64,000 nt of DNA from a bacterium. Its GTDB lineage: Bacteria > J088 > JAWLBW01. Positions 1 through 9,800 of the stretch are shown piece after piece. The notes beneath the pieces were generated by a model, which was not told the origin of the DNA, did no database searches, and saw nothing but the letters and a program-made list of their open reading frames with translations. Positions within the stretch are counted from its first letter, which is position 1. The number at the start of each line of letters is the position of its first letter. A program made the translations under genes and the position numbers. The stretch covers positions 235,428 through 299,427 of the forward strand of contig JAWLHK010000003.1 of the NCBI GenBank assembly GCA_041690355.1, given 5' to 3'.

Positions 1-1669
1 GCGCCTGCCCCGCCAGCAGCGGGTGGCTGGTGAACTCGCCCTGCTCGTCCTGAGTAACCTGGCGCGTCACGTCGAAGTCGGGATACTGGATAATCGCTCC
101 GCCCAGCGGCTCGCCGGTTTCGGCGTCGACGACGATCCCCTTCACGAAGCCGCGCGTGTCGACGATCTTCTGCGAGTCAGGGTCGTGACTGTAGCTGAGC
201 CCGAACCAGAGCTGGTACGGATTGGTGGAGCGGGCAGCACGCCGGGCCGCGATGTACTCGCCGGTCAGTCCGTACGAAAGGTCGACGGCGAAATCGAGCA
301 CCATCCGGTCGATGAAGTTCCAGCGAACGCCTGGCGTGAAACGCTGCGCGCTCGAACTCCAGCCTTCCTTGTAGAGGCCGTTGCCTACCTTGTTGTTGAT
401 TTCCTGTTCGGTTGTGTATTCGAGGAAAACGGTGTAGGCGTCCTGCGGAAATTCGAGCGCGAAATTCAGGATGAACTGATCGCCGGCGCGCACATTCAAG
501 GCATTGATGCGGCTGGCGGTGAGTTCGGCGTCGAAGTCCAGGTTGGCCCCGTCTCCGGCAAGCAGCGCCTTGTAGCCGTTGTCCCAGAAGAACCCGAGGT
601 TCAGATGGGCGACGAGCGGCCACTGCAGCTTGGGCTGTTCGCGGGCGTCGAAGGTCAGCATGCCCATCGGCAGCAGGCTGAACGTTCCGAGGCGCGTGCC
701 CAGCGTCCGCACGCGGGTGTACATCTTGATGTCGAGAAGCCCGCCGGTCGAGAGGTACTCGTTGATCGGATGGACGTACTTGCCGCCCAGCGACAGATCG
801 CCGAGCGTCTGAATGAATTCCGGCTCGAGCCCGGTGGCGTTCGGGGTGATGCGGTGCGCGGTGCCGAAGCCGTCGAGGTGGACCTCGAGGTTGTCAAGGA
901 CGTTGTAGATCAGGTGCCCGCGGATATCGAGGCGCGTATGGTCGGCGTTATCCCACTCGTCGCCCAGATAATAGAAACCGAGGTGCGAGCCGAAACGCAT
1001 CCCGTTCCGGATGCCCGTGCGTCCCGAAACCGTGCGGAACACGCCCGTAAAGCCGGACAGAGTGAGGCCGTTTTCGGAGCCGGCACGCTTGTTGATGACC
1101 AGCTGGCCGGTTTCAAGACGGAAGGTGTCGGCGGTCGAAGGTGCCGGCGCCTCCGGTTCCGTCGCATCTGCGCTGCCGAAGGTCGTCACCTGTTCTGCCT
1201 GCTCGCCGCTCGACGGCGCCGGAGCGGTCTGGGGTGCGGTGTCGCTGCCGAAAGTCGCGGCGGGGGCTTCATCCTGCTGCGCCGGGGCGGGCGGAGTCGA
1301 AGGCTGCGGGGCGGGCTGCGCGTTCGCGTCGGCGGCAGGGCCCGACCCGCTCGAAAACGTGGCGGCGGGCGGCTCGTCGGCGGCAGCCGAAGGCGTTTCG
1401 GCCCCGGAAGTCTCGACTGCATCCGCCTGCTCCTGGCTTGCAGCCGGGGTCTCGGCGGGCGCCGGCGACGCAGAGTCCTGCTCGGGCGATGACGCCTCAG
1501 ACGGCGTTTCATCCGACGAGAAAGTCGCCCCCTCGTCGGCTGCGGGCGCGGGCGCTTCCTGCACCGAGGGTGCCGGGGCCGTCGGCCGGGCCTGACGGTT
1601 CAACTGCGCCTGCGCGGGAAGCGGAGACAGCGACAAAAAAAGCAGGGAAAGGAGCAGCTTGCGCGACAC
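1..1669 (-). CDS. Secreted/outer-membrane protein, partial (3' end beyond window): signal peptide, long acidic Pro/Ala linker, probable beta-barrel, then carboxypeptidase-regulatory-like domain
   Basis: Translated by hand, not in ORF track. GTG at 1669 with AGGA RBS; MSRKLLLSLLFLSLSPLPAQA signal; alternating beta-strands (YQLWFGLSYSH); GFVKGIVVDAETGEPLGGAII typical of CarboxypepD_reg-like domains. Confidence 0.75.
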   Translation of the reverse strand, partial: MSRKLLLSLLFLSLSPLPAQAQLNRQARPTAPAPSVQEAPAPAADEGATFSSDETPSEASSPEQDSASPAPAETPAASQEQADAVETSGAETPSAAADEPPAATFSSGSGPAADANAQPAPQPSTPPAPAQQDEAPAATFGSDTAPQTAPAPSSGEQAEQVTTFGSADATEPEAPAPSTADTFRLETGQLVINKRAGSENGLTLSGFTGVFRTVSGRTGIRNGMRFGSHLGFYYLGDEWDNADHTRLDIRGHLIYNVLDNLEVHLDGFGTAHRITPNATGLEPEFIQTLGDLSLGGKYVHPINEYLSTGGLLDIKMYTRVRTLGTRLGTFSLLPMGMLTFDAREQPKLQWPLVAHLNLGFFWDNGYKALLAGDGANLDFDAELTASRINALNVRAGDQFILNFALEFPQDAYTVFLEYTTEQEINNKVGNGLYKEGWSSSAQRFTPGVRWNFIDRMVLDFAVDLSYGLTGEYIAARRAARSTNPYQLWFGLSYSHDPDSQKIVDTRGFVKGIVVDAETGEPLGGAIIQYPDFDVTRQVTQDEQGEFTSHPLLAGQA

Positions 1670-1714
1670 GTGTATCCTATGGGCGCTGACTCTGCGGACG
1701 CCAAAAGTCATACA

Positions 1715-1743
1715 TTTTTAACACACGCGTCCGGGTAAGTCAA
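1715..1743 (-). promoter_or_regulatory. Sigma70-type promoter for the outer-membrane protein gene
   Basis: TTGACT-17 nt-TAAAAA on the minus strand. Confidence 0.5.
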
Positions 1744-1745
1744 TT

Positions 1746-2507
1746 TCAGAATTCTGTTTGATTTTGGTCCGTTACCTGCATTTCATCCCAGACCCGGACG
1801 GCACGGAGTTCACCTCCGGCGTGGTGGCGGAGCGCCTCGCGGACCAGTTGGCGCAGCTCTTCGCGAACCACCCGCCTTGCGGCGCCCGGAATATCTTCAG
1901 GGCGCACGGCATCGGGCAGCCCTGCAAGCGCCTCCAGGGTCTGCCGGCTGACGGCAACCCCCCCTCTGCGGCAGTCGGGGCAGAATACTCCTCCCTCGGC
2001 GGCCACGAACCAGCCCTGCCCGGGGCGGTTGCCGCAGCCGATGCAGGCCGCAAAAGGGGCCAGCATGCCGTGATGGCGCAGAAAGGCGAGCAGGGCCAGG
2101 TCGAAGCCGGCCCGGTTCAGCTCCCCCTCCTGGATGACCCGCCAGGACGCCAGAAGCCAGTCGAAGGATTCCCGCCCCTCATCGCCGGCCACGGCAAACC
2201 GGGCGGCAAGTTCGAGCAGCCCCTCGGCCATGCCCAGACGGGCCAGGTCGCCCAGGAGGCCGGGAAACCACTCGCGGATGCGCACGTCTTCGAGACGGGC
2301 GATGGCGCCGGCCGTGCGCTGCGTGAGCCGCACGTCGAGGCAGACGAGTTTCTGCAGCCGGCCCCCGTAGCGCTTGCGGCTCGCCCGCGCACCGCGGGCG
2401 ACACCGCTCATGCGCCCCTGGTCGCGGGTCAGAAGGTCGACGATGAGATCACTTTCACCCAGCGCGCGGTGGGTGATCACGACCGCCTCGGTCTCCCACC
2501 GCTCCAC
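1746..2507 (-). CDS. recO: DNA repair protein RecO
   Basis: GESDLIVDLLTRDQGRMSGVARGARASRKRYGGRLQ N-terminal OB fold; CxxC...CxxC zinc motif. Confidence 0.92.
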   Translation of the reverse strand: MERWETEAVVITHRALGESDLIVDLLTRDQGRMSGVARGARASRKRYGGRLQKLVCLDVRLTQRTAGAIARLEDVRIREWFPGLLGDLARLGMAEGLLELAARFAVAGDEGRESFDWLLASWRVIQEGELNRAGFDLALLAFLRHHGMLAPFAACIGCGNRPGQGWFVAAEGGVFCPDCRRGGVAVSRQTLEALAGLPDAVRPEDIPGAARRVVREELRQLVREALRHHAGGELRAVRVWDEMQVTDQNQTEF

Positions 2508-2508
2508 G

Positions 2509-5070
2509 TCAGGAGACCGAGACCCGCGTCAGTTTTTCTTCGACGCGCTCGAGCAGGGCGTCGATGCGCTGAAGCTGGGCGTCGATTTCAGTCGCTAGAT
2601 CGCGGTTGTGCACCGTGGACGCCCGGATCTCGCCCATGAAATCGACGACCCCCGTCGATCCGGCCGACAGCGTGCGCAGGTCGCGGCGGATGGCCGCGAT
2701 ACCATCGGCCATGCGCGCCAGCGACCCACCCAGCCCGCGCGTACTCTCACCCTGGTCGCCGGTGGTGTTCTGCACGGTCTGCAGCATGCGCTGCAGCTGA
2801 TCGAGGCCCTGGCGCAGTTCGCCCATGTCGCGCGTGCTGTCCTGGGTGAACTGGCGCAGGTTCTCGAGCCGCTTGAGTTCGTCGCTCACGTCGCCGAGAA
2901 TCTGCGCGATGTTGTTGTTCTGGTAGAAAATTCCTTCGCTGATCGTCCGCGCATTGCGCTCGTTCAGCGACGCCTGCTCGCGGATGGACTCGACCGACTC
3001 GACCGCCATGCCCGTCAGCAGCTGGCCCTGCTGCATGCGCCCCAGAGCGACGCGAATCTCTTCGAGCGACCGGTGGGTGTGCTCGCGGATGCGATGCATG
3101 AGCACGCCGACGTCCTTCGTGTTCGACTCGGTGCGCTCGGCCAGGTCCTTGATTTCGTCGCCGACGACGGCAAAGTCCTTCGCATGCTCGTCACCTGACT
3201 GCGCCGCGAGGATGGCGGCGTTGAAGGCCAGCAGGGCCGTCTGCTCGGTTACCTCGGTAATGACGTCGACCACCCCGCCGATGCGCACGACCCCTTCGCG
3301 GAAGTTCTGCAGTTCGGCAAACAGATTCTCGGTGCCGGTGCTGACGACCGTGACCCCCGCGGCAATGCGCTTGACCGCCTCATTGGACGCCACCGCCCGC
3401 TCGCTCGCGTGCTCACTGCTGCGGGCCACCGACTTGACTTCGTTATCGAGCACCGTGAATGCCTCGCGCACCCGCGCGACCGAGGAGCGCAGCCTGATGA
3501 CCCCCTCGTACAAGTCGTTGACGCCGTTCGACGAACCTTCGACGTTCTGATACATCAGATCGATGAGCCGGTTTCCGGCGCGGATGACATCCAGCAGCTC
3601 GACGAGCTCCTGCCGGATGTCGTCGAGATAGTTTTCGAGCTGGCTGACGGTGCTCTGGCTCTCGCCGGTCGACCGGACGATGACACCGGCGTTTTCTTCG
3701 ATGTCGCGCAGGGCCCCGTTCAGGCCGCTGACGCTCGTGAAGGCGAGCTCGACGCTCTTCTCCTGCTCGGCCGAGCGGGCCCGGATCTCCTGCATGCCGG
3801 CGCCGATTTCAGCGCGAAAGCGCTTGCCATGCTCCAGACTGGTCTTCATGTCGCGGAACATGCTGCGCAGCCCCCCCTCCATTTCGTGCAGGGCGCCATC
3901 GAAGAGGCTCAGCTCGTCTTCGGTGATGATGACCGGGGGCTCCCGCAGCGATCCGGTCGCCAGGTCGCGAACCCAGCCGCGGAGGGCCGAGAACGGGCCG
4001 ATGATGTCCCGGGTGGCCATGTCGAAAATGGCGACCGACGTCCCGAAGGCAAAGAAGAGAATCAACAGCGTCACCCAGACGATGGCCAGGCTGCCGCTGA
4101 GATAGACCATGGCGGGGACGGTCGCGATGGCGTAGCCGCCCGGAACGGCCCGAAAGGCGATTCGATCGAGTGTCTGCCGATCTTCAAACTCACCGCTCAC
4201 GCTGGTAAGGGCCGGTACGATGCGCTCGAGCGACATCGGCAGCGCGCCGATGACGCGATTCGGACCCGACTCCCAGATGGCCAGCGAAAAGTTGAGGTAC
4301 CGCTGCCGTTCGCGCAGATAGTCGGGCCAGGCCGACGAATCGGCCGGGAGATCGGGCACCAGATTAGCGAGCACCGCCGACGCCTGAATACCGGCCTGCT
4401 CGCCAGAAACGCGCAGCAGCTGCCCATAGCCCATGAGCCCCGACAACGTAAGCGCGCCCATGACCAGCAGAACCATGGTGACCAGCAGACGCACCCGGGC
4501 GCTGATGCGGAATCCCTCGGGCAGCTCCTGGCCGGCCGGAATGTGCTGCACCAGCGTGCGCCCGACCGGCTGCATGAGCAGGCGAAACAGGCTGAACTGG
4601 AAAATCAGCACGATGAAAGCCGCCACGCCCCCGGTCGCCAGCAGAAAGGCCAGCTTGACCGGCGAAATCTTCAGTGAGAGATAGAGGCCGATCGCGAAGG
4701 CGACCAGCGAAAGAATCCAGAAGAGAAAACTGACGCCGGCCATCCGTCGCGGCAGGCTCACATAGTTCTGCGTCGCCTCGTTCAGCGCCTCGGCGTCGAC
4801 CTGCCCCATGCCGGCCTGGTACAGAAAGCGGGTCACCGGACGCAGGATGCGCTCGTTGTAGAGCATCTGTCCGAAGAAGTCGATCGCCAGAATCGCGGTG
4901 AGGTACCGCAGCGCCGTCGTCCACTCCGACTGGTGCAGCGAGACGACCGGCAGGATCATCCACGAGAGCAGCGCCACCGCTCCGATCGAAGTCAGGCTGT
5001 AGGCGGTCGTCAGGCGCAAGCGCAGCCGTATGCCCACCCAGCCGCCGAAGCTCCGGAAGAGAAAGTTCAT
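2509..5070 (-). CDS. Methyl-accepting chemotaxis protein (multi-TM N-terminus, HAMP, long MA domain)
   Basis: Hairpin-tip motif QTALLAFNAAILAAQSGDEHAKDFAVVGDEIKDLAERT; several TM helices. Confidence 0.85.
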   Translation of the reverse strand: MNFLFRSFGGWVGIRLRLRLTTAYSLTSIGAVALLSWMILPVVSLHQSEWTTALRYLTAILAIDFFGQMLYNERILRPVTRFLYQAGMGQVDAEALNEATQNYVSLPRRMAGVSFLFWILSLVAFAIGLYLSLKISPVKLAFLLATGGVAAFIVLIFQFSLFRLLMQPVGRTLVQHIPAGQELPEGFRISARVRLLVTMVLLVMGALTLSGLMGYGQLLRVSGEQAGIQASAVLANLVPDLPADSSAWPDYLRERQRYLNFSLAIWESGPNRVIGALPMSLERIVPALTSVSGEFEDRQTLDRIAFRAVPGGYAIATVPAMVYLSGSLAIVWVTLLILFFAFGTSVAIFDMATRDIIGPFSALRGWVRDLATGSLREPPVIITEDELSLFDGALHEMEGGLRSMFRDMKTSLEHGKRFRAEIGAGMQEIRARSAEQEKSVELAFTSVSGLNGALRDIEENAGVIVRSTGESQSTVSQLENYLDDIRQELVELLDVIRAGNRLIDLMYQNVEGSSNGVNDLYEGVIRLRSSVARVREAFTVLDNEVKSVARSSEHASERAVASNEAVKRIAAGVTVVSTGTENLFAELQNFREGVVRIGGVVDVITEVTEQTALLAFNAAILAAQSGDEHAKDFAVVGDEIKDLAERTESNTKDVGVLMHRIREHTHRSLEEIRVALGRMQQGQLLTGMAVESVESIREQASLNERNARTISEGIFYQNNNIAQILGDVSDELKRLENLRQFTQDSTRDMGELRQGLDQLQRMLQTVQNTTGDQGESTRGLGGSLARMADGIAAIRRDLRTLSAGSTGVVDFMGEIRASTVHNRDLATEIDAQLQRIDALLERVEEKLTRVSVS

Positions 5071-7595
5071 GCCAGCCTGAACCGCTCCACGAATCGGTGA
5101 AAGGACTGGGCCTCGGCGCGCAGGGCTTCGACGTCACGCCGCAGGCGTGCCGTCATGCTCTTGTTCGCATCCGAGCCGTGTTCGATCGTCTTCATGGCCC
5201 GCCCGATGGCGAGCACCTGTTCCTGCTGTTCGCCGAGAATGCGGGCCAGATGAGCGATCATGGTTTCGACCTGTTCGATGTCACCCGAGAGCACGCGTCC
5301 CCCCTCGGCCTGGGCGCGCGCAAGCGACTTGACCGCCAGCGCCCCCCCCTTGACCCGCTGCATGCGCGTCTCGACTTCCTTGGCGCGGGCCAGCCGGCTC
5401 CGGACGTCGCCGTGCACCTGCTCAATCAGCCGGGCGAGTTCGAGCCCCTGCTGCTCGATGCCCTCGCTGAGTGTAACCTGCTCCTGCGATGCCTCGGCGA
5501 CCCGCGTCATGCCGCGCGCCCCGTTTTCGGCCAGTCCGATGATCGAGGCCAGGTGTTCGCCCGATGAGGTCGAGGCGTGACGCGTTTCTTCGACGCTGGC
5601 GCGAACTTCGTCGACACCCGACGAGAGCTGCAGGCTGCTCTCGCTCACGGAGCGGATCATGGAGATGATCTGTCCGGTCGCCGTATTGGTGCGATCGGCC
5701 AGCGTCTTGATCTTCTCGGCGACCACGGCGAAGCTGAGGCCGTTCTCGCCCGCCTGCGCCGCAATGATGGCGGCGTTGAGGCTGAGCAGCTTGGTGTCGT
5801 CGGCGACCTCGTCGATGACGCCGATGAGCTTGCCGACCGAGTTGAGCTTGTCGATCAGATCCTGCAGCGCGTGCGACGTGCGCTCGACCGAGTCTTCGAT
5901 GAGCGCAATGCTGTTGACGGTCTGGCCCGTCATGTCGAGCCCTTCACGGCTCGATTCGAGCATGCGCGTCGAAATGTTGCGCGTGCCCGAAACGCGTTCG
6001 CCGTTGCGCCGGATGGAGTCTGAAAATTTGCGAATGTTGCGCGTGAGAACCTCTGTCGATCGGAGCAGATCGCTCAGGTTGGCGAAGATCAGCTCCGAGA
6101 CGCGCTGGTTGTGCTCGAGTCCCGAGACGACGCTGTTGAGCAGCTGCATGACCCGGTCGGTCGAATCATCGACGTAACGTACGGTGCGATCGAGCTGAAG
6201 AATCGCCGACGATCCTTCGGCCGACTGCACATTCAGGGCGTCGCCGGCCCGCGCGATCTTCTGCAGCCCGCCGGTCATGCTCTCGACCGACTGCAGCCCG
6301 CGGTGAACGCGCGCCGACTGCTCTACCGACGTTTCTTCGATCTTCTGCGCCGCCACCAGCAGGCGCTGCGAGACCACATCGATCTCAGCGCTGGCCGTGT
6401 CCAGGTCGGCGGCGACGCCGCGCAGAAATCCCCGCACGGTTTCCAGTTCAGCAGAAAATTCGCCGATTTCGTCTTCGATCAGGATCTCGGCGCTCTGGCT
6501 GAGGTCGCCTCTCGCCATGCGCTGCGACTTTCGCACCAGCTCACGCAGCAGATTGGCAATTTCGCGGGCCGTGAACGTCGCGACCGCGAGAATGGTCAGC
6601 ATCGCAATCAGAAACAGGCCGAGGTAGGCATTGCCCGCCTCGTGCATGGCGTTCTCCGACATGCGCCAGGGATAAATCGCCAGCAGCGAATACTGCCCGT
6701 TGCCGACGGCCATTTTGCGCGCCAGCCACGGGCTGCGCCAGTTCACCGCCGTCGCCCCCTCGAGCGTATTCAAGGGCAGGTTCGCGGTGTTCAGGTTGAG
6801 GACGTCGCGCCCTTCGACGTCGAGCAGAAACAGGCGTCCGCCCGAGCCGAGCTGCGTACGCGCGAGAACGGGCCCCACCGACGCGGCTGCCCCCGCGGCA
6901 AGCGCCTGGTCGACCTGCGGCGCGAGACGGCGCATCTCGTTTTCGGCGTGGCTGAGAAGCCCGGCCTGCGTGCGTTCGGCAATGAATGTGTATCCGAAGA
7001 GGCAGGAAAAGACGAGTGAACTGCCGATGAGCGTTCCCGCCGCGGTTACCAGCTTGTTGCGCAGCCCAAAGAGCGGCGTCGAGAACAGGTAGCGCCCATG
7101 CCCCTGCGCGACGACCTGCCGCGCGACTTCGCGGGCCAGCGGCCTGATCCGGCTCTTGTAGAAGTAGAACTGGAGCAGAAAACCGATGCCGCCCCCGCAG
7201 AGAATCGCCATGAAAATCGCGAGGGACAGAAAGAGGGTGGTGTCGTCAGCCGTCCACGTCCCGAAGAAGAGGTAAAACAGCAGCACCCCGACGACGTCGA
7301 GCCCCACCCATAAAAACCACGAAAGCTGGGCGGCCCGCACGGGAAACGCCCGCAGCGAGTTGATGGCATGCAGAATGTCGCGGTCAATGACCTCCTGGCG
7401 CGGAAGCAGCGGACGAAGCAGCAGTGCGTGCAGGATGCCGCCGAAGACGAACGCGCCGACCGCCAGCATGATGCCGACATTGCGCTCTTCTTCGGACAGC
7501 CGCAGCACCCATACGATAAGTCCGGCCGTCGCCCCGAGCGCGACGGTAACCGAACCGCTGTGGATGATCTGCAACTGGCGGTGGAGCTGCTTCAC
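5067..7595 (-). CDS. Methyl-accepting chemotaxis protein (multi-TM N-terminus, Cache-like loop, HAMP, long MA domain)
   Basis: TKLLSLNAAIIAAQAGENGLSFAVVAEKIKTLADRT; HAMP motif MARGDLS...EDEIGEF. Confidence 0.88.
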   Translation of the reverse strand: MKQLHRQLQIIHSGSVTVALGATAGLIVWVLRLSEEERNVGIMLAVGAFVFGGILHALLLRPLLPRQEVIDRDILHAINSLRAFPVRAAQLSWFLWVGLDVVGVLLFYLFFGTWTADDTTLFLSLAIFMAILCGGGIGFLLQFYFYKSRIRPLAREVARQVVAQGHGRYLFSTPLFGLRNKLVTAAGTLIGSSLVFSCLFGYTFIAERTQAGLLSHAENEMRRLAPQVDQALAAGAAASVGPVLARTQLGSGGRLFLLDVEGRDVLNLNTANLPLNTLEGATAVNWRSPWLARKMAVGNGQYSLLAIYPWRMSENAMHEAGNAYLGLFLIAMLTILAVATFTAREIANLLRELVRKSQRMARGDLSQSAEILIEDEIGEFSAELETVRGFLRGVAADLDTASAEIDVVSQRLLVAAQKIEETSVEQSARVHRGLQSVESMTGGLQKIARAGDALNVQSAEGSSAILQLDRTVRYVDDSTDRVMQLLNSVVSGLEHNQRVSELIFANLSDLLRSTEVLTRNIRKFSDSIRRNGERVSGTRNISTRMLESSREGLDMTGQTVNSIALIEDSVERTSHALQDLIDKLNSVGKLIGVIDEVADDTKLLSLNAAIIAAQAGENGLSFAVVAEKIKTLADRTNTATGQIISMIRSVSESSLQLSSGVDEVRASVEETRHASTSSGEHLASIIGLAENGARGMTRVAEASQEQVTLSEGIEQQGLELARLIEQVHGDVRSRLARAKEVETRMQRVKGGALAVKSLARAQAEGGRVLSGDIEQVETMIAHLARILGEQQEQVLAIGRAMKTIEHGSDANKSMTARLRRDVEALRAEAQSFHRFVERFRLA

Positions 7596-8365
7596 GGCGA
7601 CGGGGCCCCTTCGCGCGAGAAGACCTTGCGGCGCACGCGGCCCTGTTCGCCGAATCTGCCGAGCGAACGGCCCTCGTAGATCACCGTCACCCCCCCGGCG
7701 TTACCCGTGAGCAACTCGATGCGTTCGTCGCCGCGCACCCGCCAGATGGTTCCGGACTGCATCATGCGCTCTTCGGGTTCGCGGCCGTCGACCCCGATCT
7801 TTACGTAGCTGACCTGGTCGGCCTGCACCTCGAGCTCCATCGGCTTGCGCGCCGGCGGGCCGGGGGGTTCGGGCGCGATTTCAACCGTTTCGGCGGGCGC
7901 CGTCACGGCGAGGGTGGCCTCCGTCACGGGAAGCGGCAGGGGGGCGGGCTCGGGCAGCGTTGCAGCGGTCTGAACCGACACGCCCGAACGCACGGCAAAG
8001 AGGGCCCAGCCCGCCAGCGAAAGCAGAATCACCGCGCCGAGTGCGAAGATGACTTTGCGAATGGGCTGCCGCCCTTCGATGAGGTACATCTTTTCGCCGC
8101 GCACCTCGCGCAGATCGGGCGCCATTGACTGGTGATTCGTATGCTCTTCATAGCGCAGCACGACTTCGTCGGCGTTGATGCCGAGGTAGCGGGCATAGCT
8201 GCGCAGGAACCCTTTGATGAAAATATCGGCGCCCAGCTCTTCAAAGCGCTCTTCTTCGAGGGCTTCGAGCGCCCGCATACCGATACGGGTCGCCTGAGCA
8301 ACCTCGCGCAGCGAGACCCCCCGCATTTCCCGTTCGCGTTTGAGCCAGGCCCCGAATCCTTCCAC
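7592..8365 (-). CDS. rodZ: RodZ-like HTH membrane protein (HTH_25 + DUF4115)
   Basis: LKREREMRGVSLREVAQATRI...FIKGFLRSYARYLG, single TM, GNAGGV C-terminal motif. Confidence 0.85.
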   Translation of the reverse strand: MEGFGAWLKREREMRGVSLREVAQATRIGMRALEALEEERFEELGADIFIKGFLRSYARYLGINADEVVLRYEEHTNHQSMAPDLREVRGEKMYLIEGRQPIRKVIFALGAVILLSLAGWALFAVRSGVSVQTAATLPEPAPLPLPVTEATLAVTAPAETVEIAPEPPGPPARKPMELEVQADQVSYVKIGVDGREPEERMMQSGTIWRVRGDERIELLTGNAGGVTVIYEGRSLGRFGEQGRVRRKVFSREGAPSP

Positions 8366-9160
8366 TCAGCGCCTCTTCTCTTCCTTGCCCTTCAGCAGCT
8401 CGAGCATGTAATTGCACTGATCGGCGTCGCGGGAGCCGGGCGCCATCGACTTCACGCGCTCGCAGGCCTTGATGGCGTTCGTGCGCTGGCCCACGCGCAG
8501 GTAGGCGTTCGAGAGCTGTGCGTACGGCTCGGCAAACTTCGGGCACAGTTTGACGGCTTTGGAGAGCGCCTGCACGGCCTCGACATACTTCTTGTCGCGC
8601 ATGTGCACGACGCCCATCTTGTTGTAGGCCATGCAGGCGACATCGCGCGCCTCGGGCTTCGGCATCGCTATGGCGACCGCCTTCTGGTAGCTCTGCTGCG
8701 CATTGGCGGAATCGAAACGCCCCGAAAATGCGTCGCCGCGGTTCAGCCAGGCGCGCTCGGGGGTCGCATAGAGCAGATCGGCGATGGCCCGATCGAAGGC
8801 GGCCACTGCCTCGTCGAACCGTCCGGCGGCGGCATAGGCGGCGCCGAGGTTATTGTGCGCTTCAGAAAAATCGGGTTTCAGCGTAACCGCTTTTTCGTAG
8901 GCCCGGATGGCCAGCACGTACTCTGCTTTGCAGTAGTATGCCAGCCCCAGGGCATTCTGCAGTTCGGCGTCTTCTGCATTGCGCTTTTCGGCTTCGAGCA
9001 GATAGCGAAGCGCCTCGGTGCAGTTGTCGGAGAGCAGGGCCGAGATGCCCAGTTTCGTATAAAACGCCGCTTCGCCCTTGGTTTCGGGCGAGTGCGCGCA
9101 GGCCGTCAGTACGGCGAGAAGAAAAAGCGGAACCGCGCGAAAGCGGATGTTCTTGCGCAA
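8366..9160 (-). CDS. tgl: TPR lipoprotein, type IV pilus pilotin Tgl/PilF-like
   Basis: TTG start at 9160 with AGGAG RBS; lipobox LTAC; TPRs (EAHNNLGAAY, LLYATPERAWLNRG); lies upstream of rodZ as pilF/tgl usually does. Confidence 0.75.
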   Translation of the reverse strand: MRKNIRFRAVPLFLLAVLTACAHSPETKGEAAFYTKLGISALLSDNCTEALRYLLEAEKRNAEDAELQNALGLAYYCKAEYVLAIRAYEKAVTLKPDFSEAHNNLGAAYAAAGRFDEAVAAFDRAIADLLYATPERAWLNRGDAFSGRFDSANAQQSYQKAVAIAMPKPEARDVACMAYNKMGVVHMRDKKYVEAVQALSKAVKLCPKFAEPYAQLSNAYLRVGQRTNAIKACERVKSMAPGSRDADQCNYMLELLKGKEEKRR

Positions 9161-9170
9161 AACGAATCTC

Positions 9171-9800
9171 CTAGGCCGAGGTAAGTAGACGGAGGAAAAC
9201 CTTGAAATTCTTATCTTCGAGCGGATCGGCCGATTGCGGCTGCGGGGGCGGCGCGGGCGCCTGAATGTACCCGACCTGGGTCGGCGGCGCATCGGGACGC
9301 AGCTCGAGAATGGAGTCTTCGATTTCCAGATCGCCGGGCTGGTTGTCGAGCAGAACGACTTCTGCGCCGGCGCCGGCATCGGTCGACGCAGGCTGCGCCT
9401 GGGGCTGCGGCCGCGCGCGCGGAGCCAGGGGCGAGAAGATCGGAACGCCCGCGAGGGTGTTGCGGCGCACCGTGTCGTCGACACGGCGGATCTGCAGGTC
9501 TTCCATCATGAAGCCCATGCTTTCCGTAAACTGCACGCCCTGTTCCTGCACGAGCGGATAATCGCTCTTGTCGATAGGCTCCATCCACCGGTAAACCAGG
9601 GCCGCGTTCGAGCTCAGCATGTGCAGGTAGATGTAGGCTTCAATCCCCATCCGCCCGCGGCCGGTCACGAAGTAGGCCCGCGCCTCCTGCGCATCGAGCG
9701 TGTCGGCGGCAATCTGCGGCTGATTTACCGAGCTGTAGAGCTCGAGCAGGCCCGCCGGATCGAGCGGAACGGCCGCCATCCCCCGGCTCAGTTCAAACAT
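9171..9800 (-). CDS. Hypothetical protein resembling the ORF upstream of tgl in myxobacteria
   Basis: ATG 9800 overlaps pfkB end; motifs LYSSVNQPQIA, AYIYLH, GVQFTESMGFMMED, C-terminal LRLLTSA (similarity recalled, not searched). Confidence 0.65.
   Translation of the reverse strand: MFELSRGMAAVPLDPAGLLELYSSVNQPQIAADTLDAQEARAYFVTGRGRMGIEAYIYLHMLSSNAALVYRWMEPIDKSDYPLVQEQGVQFTESMGFMMEDLQIRRVDDTVRRNTLAGVPIFSPLAPRARPQPQAQPASTDAGAGAEVVLLDNQPGDLEIEDSILELRPDAPPTQVGYIQAPAPPPQPQSADPLEDKNFKVFLRLLTSA

Noticed and set aside
23..1492. 489-aa plus-strand ORF
   Set aside because: Shadow of the partial minus-strand outer-membrane protein gene (1-1669)
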